DNA from: Pseudoxanthomonas suwonensis
GTDB lineage: Bacteria; Pseudomonadota; Gammaproteobacteria; Xanthomonadales; Xanthomonadaceae
DNA: 64,000 bases
Assembly (NCBI GenBank): GCA_003240695.1
Contig: QFNC01000009.1
Location: 31,471-95,470 of the forward strand
Direction: 5' to 3'
Part shown: positions 39,121 through 48,375 of the stretch, piece by piece
Layout: each line of letters opens with the position of its first letter
Position numbering within the stretch: position 1 is the first letter of the stretch
Made by a program: the position numbers and the translations under genes
The notes under the pieces: generated by a model
Seen by the model: only the letters and a program-made list of their open reading frames with translations
Databases searched by the model: none
Told to the model about the DNA's origin: nothing

Positions 39121-40205
39121 CCACACCGAGCGACGGACCACTGATCACCGCACAGGCCCTGCCCGATGCCACCGCGCTGGTGCAGCTGGGCCTGACCAAT
39201 GCCGACATGCCGGCCATCGTGCAGGCCGGCAAGGGACTGCAGGATCTCTCGCCCACCGCACTGCAGGGCTATGGCCGCGATGCCGCCGCCAGGACCAACA
39301 GTTTCTCGACCCAGCTGCTGGACAAGGTGCGCAACAGCGATCTGGATGCCTCCGGCGACAAGCTGGGCGAGGTGGTGAAGATCGCCCGCAGCCTGAATCT
39401 GCAGAGCTTCGCCGAGCGTTCGAAGGTGCCGCTGCTGGGCCCGTTGATCGACCGGATGAAGGCCACCCGCGACGACCTGATCCAGAAGTACAGCAGCACC
39501 AACAGCCAGATCGACCAGCTGATGCGCGAGGTCGGCCAGACCCAAGCCACCCAGGCGCAGCGAGTGAAGGAATACGACCAGATGCACGGCATCGTGCGCG
39601 AGGAACACCGCGATCTGGGCATCCACGTGGCTGCCGGGCGCATGCGCCTGGCCGAACTGCAACAGGAAATCGCCACGCTGGACGGCCGCGACGATCCGGC
39701 ATCGCGGCTGCGCCGGTCCGAACTGGACACCGCGATCCGCCTGCTGGACAAGCGCGTGTCGGACCTGCACGTGCTGCAGCACGCCACCGAACAGACCCTG
39801 CCGATGATCCGCCTGATCCAGGCCAACGCGATCCAGCTGATCGAAAAATTCAGTGCCGTGCGCGACGTGACCCTGCCGATGTGGCGGCACCAGTTCGCCA
39901 TCCAACTGTCGCTGGCGGACCAGAAGAATGCGGTGCAACTGGCCAATGCCATCGACGATGCCAGCAACGCGCTGATGCGCCGCAATGCCGAACTGATGCA
40001 CCAGACGTCGGTGGAGACGGCCAAGGCCAACCAGCGCTCGGTGCTCGACATCGACACGCTGCGCACGGTCAACGACACATTGATCCGCACGGTCGAGGAA
40101 GTGCGGACCATCCACCGCGATGGCATGCAGCAGCGGCAGCAGACTGAACGCGACATCCAGCAGATGCGCGAACAGCTGCAGCAGCAGCTCGATACCCGCA
40201 CCTGA
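39117..40205 (+). CDS. telA: TelA/KlaA-family toxic-anion-resistance-like protein
   Basis: 362 aa. TelA-like motifs (DQLMREVGQTQATQAQRVKEYDQM, TLPMIRLIQANAIQLIEKFSAV...WRHQFAIQLSLADQ). ATG at 39117 within the longer track frame. Confidence 0.75.
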   Translation: MTTPSDGPLITAQALPDATALVQLGLTNADMPAIVQAGKGLQDLSPTALQGYGRDAAARTNSFSTQLLDKVRNSDLDASGDKLGEVVKIARSLNLQSFAERSKVPLLGPLIDRMKATRDDLIQKYSSTNSQIDQLMREVGQTQATQAQRVKEYDQMHGIVREEHRDLGIHVAAGRMRLAELQQEIATLDGRDDPASRLRRSELDTAIRLLDKRVSDLHVLQHATEQTLPMIRLIQANAIQLIEKFSAVRDVTLPMWRHQFAIQLSLADQKNAVQLANAIDDASNALMRRNAELMHQTSVETAKANQRSVLDIDTLRTVNDTLIRTVEEVRTIHRDGMQQRQQTERDIQQMREQLQQQLDTRT

Positions 40206-40233
40206 AGCCACCGCCCTGTCAGCCCGACGCGCT

Positions 40234-40775
40234 TCAGCCGCTGCGGGCCAGCCAACGCCGGGCCATGCGCCGCAGCGAGACATCGGCCGTGGCATCGTCC
40301 GCCAGCTCGGCGATGTCGCACCAAGCCAGCGCATGCGATTCGGCGCTGACCGCGAATGCCTCGCTGCCGGTGGCCTGCACCACGAAGCGCACATCGTGAT
40401 GCCAATGCCCGGGCACATCGCCACGCTCGGGAATCCAGTGCCGGTCCAGATCGAAGATGGCCGGCTCCACCTGCAGGTCGGACAGTCCGGATTCCTCCAG
40501 CGCCTCGCGCAGCGCCACTGCGGCCAGGTCCATGTCGCCATCGGCATGACCGCCGGGCTGCAGCCAGCGATCCAGCTTGCGATGGTGGGTGAGCAGCGTG
40601 CGCCGGCCATCGCCACTGACCAGCCAAGCCGAACCGGTGAAGTGGCCGCGCAGGCGCTCGCGGGTGAAGGCATGGTGGCCTTCGTCCAGCAATGCCAGGT
40701 AGTCGTTCGCCAGTTCAGCCTGATCCGGCAGGGCGCTGGCATGGATGTGCAAAGCGCATTCGAGCGTGGTCGGCA
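40234..40775 (-). CDS. NUDIX hydrolase
   Basis: Nudix box (GGHADGDMDLAAVALREALEESG). Start MPTTLECALH at 40775. The upstream part of the track ORF is read-through. Confidence 0.7.
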
Positions 40776-40933
40776 TGGGATCGGTCTTCCTGGCAACGGC
40801 ATGGATGGTGCAAAGCAGCAACCCCGTGGCGACTGTCACATGTGCGCCATCGTCTTGTGCTGGGGCATGCGGACAGTTTAAGGTCACGCGGTTGCGGCCA
40901 ACGGACCGCCTGTTCCGTTCCGGGGAGACCTTC

Positions 40934-42478
40934 ATGCTGTTCCAGCGCGTCAAATCACTCGACAAGATTCTCGAAACCGCCGAAAGGAAGTCGCTCAAGC
41001 GGCAACTGGGCGCATTCCAGCTGACCATGCTGGGCATCGGCGCGGTGATCGGCACCGGCATCTTTGTGCTGACCGCCGAAGCCGGCCAGAAAGCCGGCCC
41101 GGCCATGATGGTGGCGTTCATCATCGCGGCGGTCGTGTGCGCACTGGCGGCGCTGGCCTACTCCGAACTGGCCTCGATGGTCCCGGTGTCCGGGTCGGCC
41201 TATACCTACACCTACGGGGTGATGGGCGAGTCGCTGGCCTGGGTGGTGGGCTGGGCGCTGGTACTGGAGTACGCGGTGGCTGCCGGTGCGGTGTCGGTGG
41301 GCTGGTCCGGATACATGAATGGCCTTCTGACGAGCGCCGGAATCGGATTGCCCGCGGCGCTGAAAACCGGTCCCCTGGATGGCGGCGCCTTCAACCTGCT
41401 GGCCTTCCTGATCGCGCTTGTCGTCACCGGACTGCTGGTGATCGGAACGTCGAAGTCGGCCAAGGTGAATGCCGTGCTGGTGTTGATCAAGGTGATTGCC
41501 CTGACGGTTTTCATCGCCATTGCGGTTCCGGCCGCGCAGGACAGCAACTTCGAACCCTTCTTCCCCACCGGTTGGGGCAGCCCGATGGGCGGCGTCGGCG
41601 TGCTGGGTGCCGCCGCTTCCATCTTCTTCGCGTACGTCGGCTTCGACGCGGTGTCCACCGCTGCGGAGGAAACCAAGAACCCGAACCGCAACATCCCCAT
41701 CGGCCTGATCGGCTCGCTGGGCATCTGCTCGATCTTCTACCTGTTCGTCGGCTACGGCGCGGTCGGCGCCATCGGTGCACAGCCGATGATGGACGCGAAC
41801 GGCATGGCGTTGCATCCCGGCACCCCGGAACTGGCGGCGGCGTGTGCCGCCAACAATCCAAATGCGCTGGTCTGCAGCAAGGAGCCGCTGGCCCACGTGC
41901 TGCGCATGATGGGCTTCGCCGGCTGGGGCAATGCCATCGGCCTGGCGGCCGCACTGGCATTGCCGTCGGTGATCCTGATGATGCTGTACGGCCAGACCCG
42001 CATCTTCTTCACCATGTCGCGCGACGGGCTGCTGCCGGACGCCTTGTCGAAGGTGCACCCGAGGTGGCACACGCCGCATGTGGTGACGTTGCTCACGGGT
42101 GCATTCGTGTCGCTGTTCGCCGCTCTGTTCCCGGTGGGCATTCTCGCCGACATCTCCAACTCCGGCACGCTGTTCGCCTTCATCGCGGTGGCCATCGCGG
42201 TGCTGGTGCTGCGCAAGAAGGAACCGAACCGTCATCGCCCGTTCCGCACGCCGATGGCATGGCTGGTGTGTCCGTTGGCCATCGCCGGCTGTCTGCTGCT
42301 GTTCTTTAATCTGTCGATCTACACGCTGGCGATGTTCGTCGGTTGGACCGTGGTGGGGCTGATCATCTACGCCGCCTATGGTTACCGCAACAGCGAGCTG
42401 GCGCGCGGCCTCACCGGGCCGGAGGGTGGTCCGACGATTCCGCCGGAGCCGCCCTTTCATGAAGGACCCCAGGCCTGA
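40934..42478 (+). CDS. APC-family amino-acid permease (cationic amino-acid transporter-like)
   Basis: ~12 TM segments with APC N-terminal motif (LTMLGIGAVIGTGIFVLTAEA). ATG at 40934. Confidence 0.9.
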   Translation: MLFQRVKSLDKILETAERKSLKRQLGAFQLTMLGIGAVIGTGIFVLTAEAGQKAGPAMMVAFIIAAVVCALAALAYSELASMVPVSGSAYTYTYGVMGESLAWVVGWALVLEYAVAAGAVSVGWSGYMNGLLTSAGIGLPAALKTGPLDGGAFNLLAFLIALVVTGLLVIGTSKSAKVNAVLVLIKVIALTVFIAIAVPAAQDSNFEPFFPTGWGSPMGGVGVLGAAASIFFAYVGFDAVSTAAEETKNPNRNIPIGLIGSLGICSIFYLFVGYGAVGAIGAQPMMDANGMALHPGTPELAAACAANNPNALVCSKEPLAHVLRMMGFAGWGNAIGLAAALALPSVILMMLYGQTRIFFTMSRDGLLPDALSKVHPRWHTPHVVTLLTGAFVSLFAALFPVGILADISNSGTLFAFIAVAIAVLVLRKKEPNRHRPFRTPMAWLVCPLAIAGCLLLFFNLSIYTLAMFVGWTVVGLIIYAAYGYRNSELARGLTGPEGGPTIPPEPPFHEGPQA

Positions 42479-42613
42479 CCCCAGACCACCGGCCGGGTCA
42501 TTCCGTCACCAGCGGCAGTTCCGGTTTGCCGCTGGTGGCGGTGCAATCACCGCCGCAACGCTCTGACACACGGCGCTGTACCTTGCCGACACGCGCTGCC
42601 GTACACTCGCGGC

Positions 42614-43261
42614 ATGAGCACCGCACCATCCGTTTCGATACCAGACCTGGCCGCACTGGCCCACCGCGCCCGCGACCTGGTCGCCGCGGTCACCGAACTG
42701 TCCAACCGCGGCTGGACACCGGCCACCAGCAGCAATTTCTCGCTGCGCCTGGATGATCGCCACGCCGCCATCACCGTGTCCGGCAAGGACAAGGGCCGGC
42801 TGACCGAGGCGGACATCATGGTGGTCGATTTCGATGGCCATGCAGTCGGCAGCAATCATCGTCCTTCCGCGGAAACGCTGCTGCACACGCAGCTGTACCG
42901 GCGTTTTCCCGAGATCGGCTGCGTGCTGCACACCCATTCGGTCACGCAGACGGTGGCCTCGCGTCTGTTCGCCGCACAGGGGCATGTGCGCTTCGACGGC
43001 TACGAACTGCAGAAGGCGTTCGCCGGCAACAGCACCCATGAAGGCAGCATGGACGTGCCGGTGCTCCCCAATACCCAGGACATGCCCGAACTGGCGGCAC
43101 GGGTGGACGCCGTCCTGGATCGGCAGTGCCTGTGGGGTTATCTGATCGACGGTCACGGGCTGTATGCCTGGGGCCGCGACCTGGCCGAAGCCCGCCGCCA
43201 CCTGGAGGCCTTCGATTTCCTGCTGAATTGCGAACTGCAACTGAGGATGCTGCAACGATGA
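42614..43261 (+). CDS. mtnB: Methylthioribulose-1-phosphate dehydratase (class II aldolase family)
   Basis: Class-II aldolase/adducin fold with His cluster (LHTHS). Followed by mtnD and mtnC. Confidence 0.85.
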   Translation: MSTAPSVSIPDLAALAHRARDLVAAVTELSNRGWTPATSSNFSLRLDDRHAAITVSGKDKGRLTEADIMVVDFDGHAVGSNHRPSAETLLHTQLYRRFPEIGCVLHTHSVTQTVASRLFAAQGHVRFDGYELQKAFAGNSTHEGSMDVPVLPNTQDMPELAARVDAVLDRQCLWGYLIDGHGLYAWGRDLAEARRHLEAFDFLLNCELQLRMLQR

Positions 43262-43815
43262 GCCGCCTGCGCCTGTTCAACGACACCGACCCCGGCACCG
43301 TGCTGCTGGATACCCGCGATCACGCCACGATGGCGCGCGAACTGGCCACGCTGGGCGTGCGCTTCGAGCAATGGCCCGTGAATCCGGCTGTGCAGGCGGG
43401 CGACGCCCCGGAGTCCATCCTGGACGCCTACCGCGGCGAGGTGGACCGGCTGGTGGCCGAAAACGGCTTCCGCAGCGTGGACGTGGTCAGCATCGCGCCG
43501 GACAACCCGAAGCGCGAGGACATGCGCGCGAAGTTCCTCGACGAACACGCGCACAAGGAAGATGAAGTGCGGTTTTTCGTGGCCGGTTCCGGCATGTTCA
43601 CCCTGCACGTGGGCGACAAGGTGTATGAAGTGCTGTGCGAGGCCGGCGACCTGATCTCGGTGCCCGACGGCACCACGCACTGGTTCGACATGGGTCCGCA
43701 GCCCAGTTTCGTGGCAATCCGTTTCTTCACCGAACCCGATGGCTGGGTCGGCCATTTCACCGGCACCGACATCGCCAAGCAATTCCCGCGCTACGAACCC
43801 GGATCGGCCGGCTGA
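43258..43815 (+). CDS. mtnD: Acireductone dioxygenase (ARD)
   Basis: Cupin ARD motifs ([23 protein letters not shown]). ATG overlaps the mtnB stop. Confidence 0.9.
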   Translation: MSRLRLFNDTDPGTVLLDTRDHATMARELATLGVRFEQWPVNPAVQAGDAPESILDAYRGEVDRLVAENGFRSVDVVSIAPDNPKREDMRAKFLDEHAHKEDEVRFFVAGSGMFTLHVGDKVYEVLCEAGDLISVPDGTTHWFDMGPQPSFVAIRFFTEPDGWVGHFTGTDIAKQFPRYEPGSAG

Positions 43816-44531
43816 TGCTGCCCGTCATCCTGACCGACATCGAGGGCACCACCAGCAGCATTTCCTTCGTCAAGGACGTGCTGTTCCCGTATGCGCGCCG
43901 CGCCCTGCCCGACTTCGTGCGTGAGCATGGCGACGAACCCGAGGTGCGCGCGCTGCTGGATGCCGTGGCCACGGAACACGGCGCGGTGTGCGACGACGAC
44001 ACCATCGTGGAGATCCTGCAGGGCTGGATCGACCAGGACCGCAAGCACACGGTGCTGAAGGCGCTGCAGGGGATGATCTGGGAAGCCGGCTATCGCGGCG
44101 GCGACTTCACCGCGCACGTGTATGCCGACGTGCCCGGTGCGCTGCGGACCTGGCGTGCCGCCGGCCATCGGTTGGCGGTGTATTCCTCCGGCTCGGTGCC
44201 GGCGCAACGGCTGTTCTTCGGAAAGTCGGACGCGGGCGATCTGCTGCCGCTGTTTTCGGCCTTCTTCGACACCGAAACCGGCCCCAAGCGCGAGGCCGAC
44301 AGCTACCGGCGCATCGCCGCTGCACTGGGCGTGGATGCCGGCGACGTGCTGTTCCTGTCGGACGTCGTGGCCGAACTGGACGCCGCGCGCGAGGCCGGCA
44401 TGCACACCGTGCTGCTGGACCGGCTCGACGACTACCCACAGCCGCGTCTGGACGATGACGCCACCCACGGGCATGCACGCGTGGAATCCTTCGCGCAGAT
44501 CGACCTGGCGACAGGCACTCCCACGGACTGA
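43815..44531 (+). CDS. mtnC: Enolase-phosphatase E1 (HAD family)
   Basis: N-terminal [23 protein letters not shown] signature and HAD motifs. ATG overlaps the mtnD stop. Confidence 0.9.
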   Translation: MLPVILTDIEGTTSSISFVKDVLFPYARRALPDFVREHGDEPEVRALLDAVATEHGAVCDDDTIVEILQGWIDQDRKHTVLKALQGMIWEAGYRGGDFTAHVYADVPGALRTWRAAGHRLAVYSSGSVPAQRLFFGKSDAGDLLPLFSAFFDTETGPKREADSYRRIAAALGVDAGDVLFLSDVVAELDAAREAGMHTVLLDRLDDYPQPRLDDDATHGHARVESFAQIDLATGTPTD

Positions 44532-44533
44532 TC

Positions 44534-45589
44534 ATGCTTCTGTCCCGCGCCAGCCTCCGGGTCGTCATCGCAGGATGGGTCGGGCTGATGCTGATCGCCG
44601 GGTGGGCGATGGCCAACGAGGAGTCGTCGGTGCATGACTGGATGCCCGACTGGCTGCAGCTGGCCGACGACACGCCGGAACTGATCCAGTTCCAGCACGG
44701 CGGCACCGATGCGCTGTTCGGCATTCCATTGGCCGAAGTGGCGGACGATCTGCTGTTGGAGCAGATCGATGCCTTGCAGCTGCAGCGCCCCGGGCATGTC
44801 GATCTGTATGCCATCGGCGTGGCCGGCGATGCCAACGAAGCGGTGTTCGCCAACGAGGTGCATCATTTCGCTGCCCTGATGACGCATCGTTTCGGCGCCC
44901 ACGGCCGCACCCTGACGCTGATGAACCGCAGCCGCGACCGCCAGCGCCGCGAACAGCTGCCGATGCCGCAGGCACACCTGACCAATCTGCGTGCCGCACT
45001 GCAAGGCGTGGGCCAGCGGATGGATCCAGCCGAGGATCTGCTTCTGCTGTACCTGACCATGCACGGCACCGACGATCCCCTGCTGCATCTGCAACTGGCC
45101 GACGGCAGCCGCCAGACCTGGTCGCCGCAGGAGTTGCGCGATGCGCTGGACGATGCCGGCATCCGCAACCGCATTGTGGTGCTGTCGGCCTGCTATTCGG
45201 GCGGATTCGAGCCGGAACTGGCGAACGACCACACCTTGCTGATCACCGCGGCGCGTGCCGATCGCCCGTCGTTCGGCTGCGGCGTGGAATCGACCATCAC
45301 CTGGTTCGGGCGCGGCTGGCTGCTGGAAGGGCTGTCGCGGCATGTCGATCCGGTGCAGGCCTTCCGCCATGCCGATCGCCGCATCCGTCACTGGGAAACG
45401 CTGCACAACGAGGAACGCTCGCATCCGCAGCTGTGGCTGGGCAAGGCGATCAAGGCGACACTGGCGGCCTGGCAGGCACGCTTGCAACCCGGCCCCGCGC
45501 CGCTGTACTGGTATCCGCTGGACGATCCGGACACGCCGGATGCAGCCGAGGTACTTCCGGCTGCCGCACCGAAATTGCCGAAACGCTGA
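44534..45589 (+). CDS. Peptidase C13 (legumain/caspase-fold) family protein with N-terminal signal/TM
   Basis: Catalytic His-Gly (LTMHGTDD) and Cys (VLSACYSGGF) dyad in C13 spacing, plus an N-terminal hydrophobic segment. Starts 3 nt after the mtnC stop. Confidence 0.7.
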   Translation: MLLSRASLRVVIAGWVGLMLIAGWAMANEESSVHDWMPDWLQLADDTPELIQFQHGGTDALFGIPLAEVADDLLLEQIDALQLQRPGHVDLYAIGVAGDANEAVFANEVHHFAALMTHRFGAHGRTLTLMNRSRDRQRREQLPMPQAHLTNLRAALQGVGQRMDPAEDLLLLYLTMHGTDDPLLHLQLADGSRQTWSPQELRDALDDAGIRNRIVVLSACYSGGFEPELANDHTLLITAARADRPSFGCGVESTITWFGRGWLLEGLSRHVDPVQAFRHADRRIRHWETLHNEERSHPQLWLGKAIKATLAAWQARLQPGPAPLYWYPLDDPDTPDAAEVLPAAAPKLPKR

Positions 45590-45598
45590 TCGCCCCGG

Positions 45599-47638
45599 TC
45601 AGGGCTTTGCGGGCAGCGCGTAATCGATCTGGTAGGCAGGCGGCTCGCCCCCCGGTCCCGTCAGGTAATGCGTCATCCACTGCATCATCCGCAGCGAGTA
45701 GTCGTAGCGGGAGGCGGCGCGGGCATTGCCGTGGCCTTCGCCCGGATACAGCACCAGCCGCACCGGCGCCTTGCCGGCCAGTTTCAGGTAGCGGTACAGC
45801 ATGTACGACTGCATCACCGGCACCCGCGGGTCGGCTTCGCCATGCAGGATCAGGGTGGGCGTGCGCGACTTGTGCGCATGGGTGATCGGGCTTTGCTGGC
45901 GGAACAGCTCCGGGTTTTCCCAGGGCCAGCTGCCCATGTGGACCAGATGCTGCTCCCAGGGAATGTCGCCGGTGGTGACCAGACTGGCCTGGTCCGAGAT
46001 GCCCACGAACATCACCGAGGCGGCGAACCGCTCGCTGTAGTACGTAGCACCCCAGGCACTGGCATAGCCGCCGTAGGAACCGCCGGTGATGCCGACCCTG
46101 GCCTTGTCTACCAGCCCGCGCTCGACCAGGTGATCAACGCCATCCACCACGTCATCGAATTCGCCCATCCCCGGCTTGCCGAAACCGAGTTTGGAAAAGG
46201 CCACCCCACGCCCGGTGCTGCTGCGGTAATTGGGCAGGAAGGCGGCGAATCCGCGTGCCGCGGCCACTTGCACCGGCTGCGAATAGGCGGTGAGCCAGCC
46301 GTTGGAAAAATGCGATTCCGGACCGCCGTGCACCACGGTGACCAACGGCACCCGCGCACTGCCTTTGTGATCCAGCGGCAGCAGCAACAGGCCTTCGATC
46401 TGCAGGCCGTCGCGCGCGGCGTAGCGCACCACCTCCTGACGCGCCAGACCCACATCGCGCAACCACGGGTTGCTGTCGGTCAGCTTGCGCGGCGCGCTGC
46501 CGCCGGCAGGCAGCACGAAGGCCTCGTTCGGATGCGATGGCGTGTTGCCGAGCAGGGCGACATCGCCCTGATTCGACAGACTCAGCCCGGTCCAGATCGC
46601 GCTGCCCGCTGCCACCAGCGTGCGCTCGCCGCTGCCGTCCACGCCCACTTCGCCCAGTCGCGCTTCCACGCCCTCATGGCTGATGAACAGCAGATGCCGC
46701 GGATCGCGCCACTGCAGTGCCACCACATGGCCTTCCAGTCCCGGCAGCAGATCGCGCTGCACGCCACCGGCCTTGCCGACCACGACCAGTCGGCCCTGCT
46801 GCGCATCGTGTTCGTCTTCGGCGGAGATGTAGGCCAGCTGCGCGCCGTCGCTGCTCCAGGTCAGCGAACCCAGCTTGCCCGGATTGTCGACCTGCCCCAG
46901 CGTTTTGCCGTCCAGCCCGACGATGCGCACGCGGGTGAACACCAGCATGTCGTCGGTCAGTTGTCGCGGTGCCACCGCCAGTGCCAGGCGATCCCCGGCC
47001 GGGCTCCAGGCCAGCGCCTGCACGCTGCCCGCCACGGCTAGCTTGCGAGGCTCCGACGGCGCATCGCCCACATCCCGCACATCGGCGATCCACGGCTGCA
47101 CGGCGCGCCAGTCCTCCTCGTACACCTTCTGCGTAAAGCCCTGTTTCCTCAGTGCCTTGAACTCGTCGCTGTCCGGCTCCTGCGCCAGCAATGCCACACG
47201 CCGGCCATCCGGCGACAGGCTGAACGCGGTGATGTCGCTTTTCAGCTTCGCCAGCACCCGCGATTCGCCGCCATGCAGCGGAATGCGGTACAGGGCGCGC
47301 GTGTCGTCGCCCTGGCGCTTGGCCAGATAGGCGATGCCCTGCCCGTCCGGCAGCCAGGCCAGCGCGTTCACGTTGACCTTGCCGGTCACGAAGGCGCGGC
47401 TGTTGCCGCCATTGGCATCGATCACGTGCAACTCCGTCCATGCAGGGCCGTCGTCGTCGCTGCCGATGCTGCGCGGAACCGACAGCACGTAGGCCACCTG
47501 CCGCCCGTCCGGGCTGATTTCCGCCTGCGACACGGTGCGCAGTGTTGCCAGCTGCTCCAGCGTCATGCCCTTCTGCGCATGCAGCACACCGGACAGGGCA
47601 AGCAGCAGCATGATCAGCAACGCGCGCAGCATCGGCAT
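45599..47638 (-). CDS. S9 prolyl-oligopeptidase-family serine peptidase (beta-propeller + alpha/beta-hydrolase), secreted
   Basis: Signal peptide, propeller repeats, catalytic GGSYGGY with downstream Asp/His. Start MPMLRAL at 47638. Confidence 0.9.
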   Translation of the reverse strand: MPMLRALLIMLLLALSGVLHAQKGMTLEQLATLRTVSQAEISPDGRQVAYVLSVPRSIGSDDDGPAWTELHVIDANGGNSRAFVTGKVNVNALAWLPDGQGIAYLAKRQGDDTRALYRIPLHGGESRVLAKLKSDITAFSLSPDGRRVALLAQEPDSDEFKALRKQGFTQKVYEEDWRAVQPWIADVRDVGDAPSEPRKLAVAGSVQALAWSPAGDRLALAVAPRQLTDDMLVFTRVRIVGLDGKTLGQVDNPGKLGSLTWSSDGAQLAYISAEDEHDAQQGRLVVVGKAGGVQRDLLPGLEGHVVALQWRDPRHLLFISHEGVEARLGEVGVDGSGERTLVAAGSAIWTGLSLSNQGDVALLGNTPSHPNEAFVLPAGGSAPRKLTDSNPWLRDVGLARQEVVRYAARDGLQIEGLLLLPLDHKGSARVPLVTVVHGGPESHFSNGWLTAYSQPVQVAAARGFAAFLPNYRSSTGRGVAFSKLGFGKPGMGEFDDVVDGVDHLVERGLVDKARVGITGGSYGGYASAWGATYYSERFAASVMFVGISDQASLVTTGDIPWEQHLVHMGSWPWENPELFRQQSPITHAHKSRTPTLILHGEADPRVPVMQSYMLYRYLKLAGKAPVRLVLYPGEGHGNARAASRYDYSLRMMQWMTHYLTGPGGEPPAYQIDYALPAKP

Positions 47639-47781
47639 CGGTTTTCCCCTGTTTGCGGACCAAGATCGCGTCACTGTGCCGGCGAATGCCGCGCATCGCA
47701 AGCGCGGCTGACCTGCGGCATGCACACGACACCGTCACCGGCCGCTGCGTAGAAAGGACGCATTTCCCCAAGGAGTGAACC

Positions 47782-48297
47782 ATGAGTATCGACAAGAACG
47801 AACTGAAGCAGGGTTTCTGGAAGGCGCTGGACAGCGACCGCACCGTGATGCTGGGTACCACCCGCGTGCACGCGCGGCCGATGACCGGACTGATCGAAAA
47901 CGGCAATGGCCCGGTGTGGTTCTTCACTGCCGACGACAATGCGATCGTGCAGTCGTTCAAGCGCGGCGGCAAGCCCGAAGTGGCGGTGTTCACCTTCGCT
48001 TCGAAGGACCACCAGCTGTTTGCCACCGTCGGCGGCACGCTGGTCGTCGACAACGACCCGGCCGTCATCGATCGGCTGTGGAATCCGTTCGTCGCGGCTT
48101 GGTACGAAGGCGGCAAGGACGACCCCAAGCTGCGCCTGCTGCGTTTCGACGCCGATGCCGCCGAGATCTGGATGAATGCCAACAGCCTGTTCGCCGGCAT
48201 CAAGATGCTGGTCGGCATCGACCCGAAATCGGATTACCGCGACCACACCGCGATGGTGAAATTGGGATCGGCGCGGCGGAAGAAGACGTCCGGCTGA
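47782..48297 (+). CDS. Pyridoxamine 5'-phosphate oxidase-like FMN-binding protein (general stress protein 26 family)
   Basis: 171 aa with PNPOx-like split-barrel motifs (DRTVMLGT...VWFFT). Confidence 0.8.
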   Translation: MSIDKNELKQGFWKALDSDRTVMLGTTRVHARPMTGLIENGNGPVWFFTADDNAIVQSFKRGGKPEVAVFTFASKDHQLFATVGGTLVVDNDPAVIDRLWNPFVAAWYEGGKDDPKLRLLRFDADAAEIWMNANSLFAGIKMLVGIDPKSDYRDHTAMVKLGSARRKKTSG

Positions 48298-48375
48298 GCC
48301 AGTCCGGCCGAATGCGTTCCAGAACACGAAGCGGAGCACCCGGCTCCGCTTCACATCCTCCACGATGACATCGCC

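Noticed and set aside
38943-42460. Minus ORFs of 619 aa and 501 aa antisense to telA and the amino-acid permease
   Set aside because: Spurious high-GC frames.
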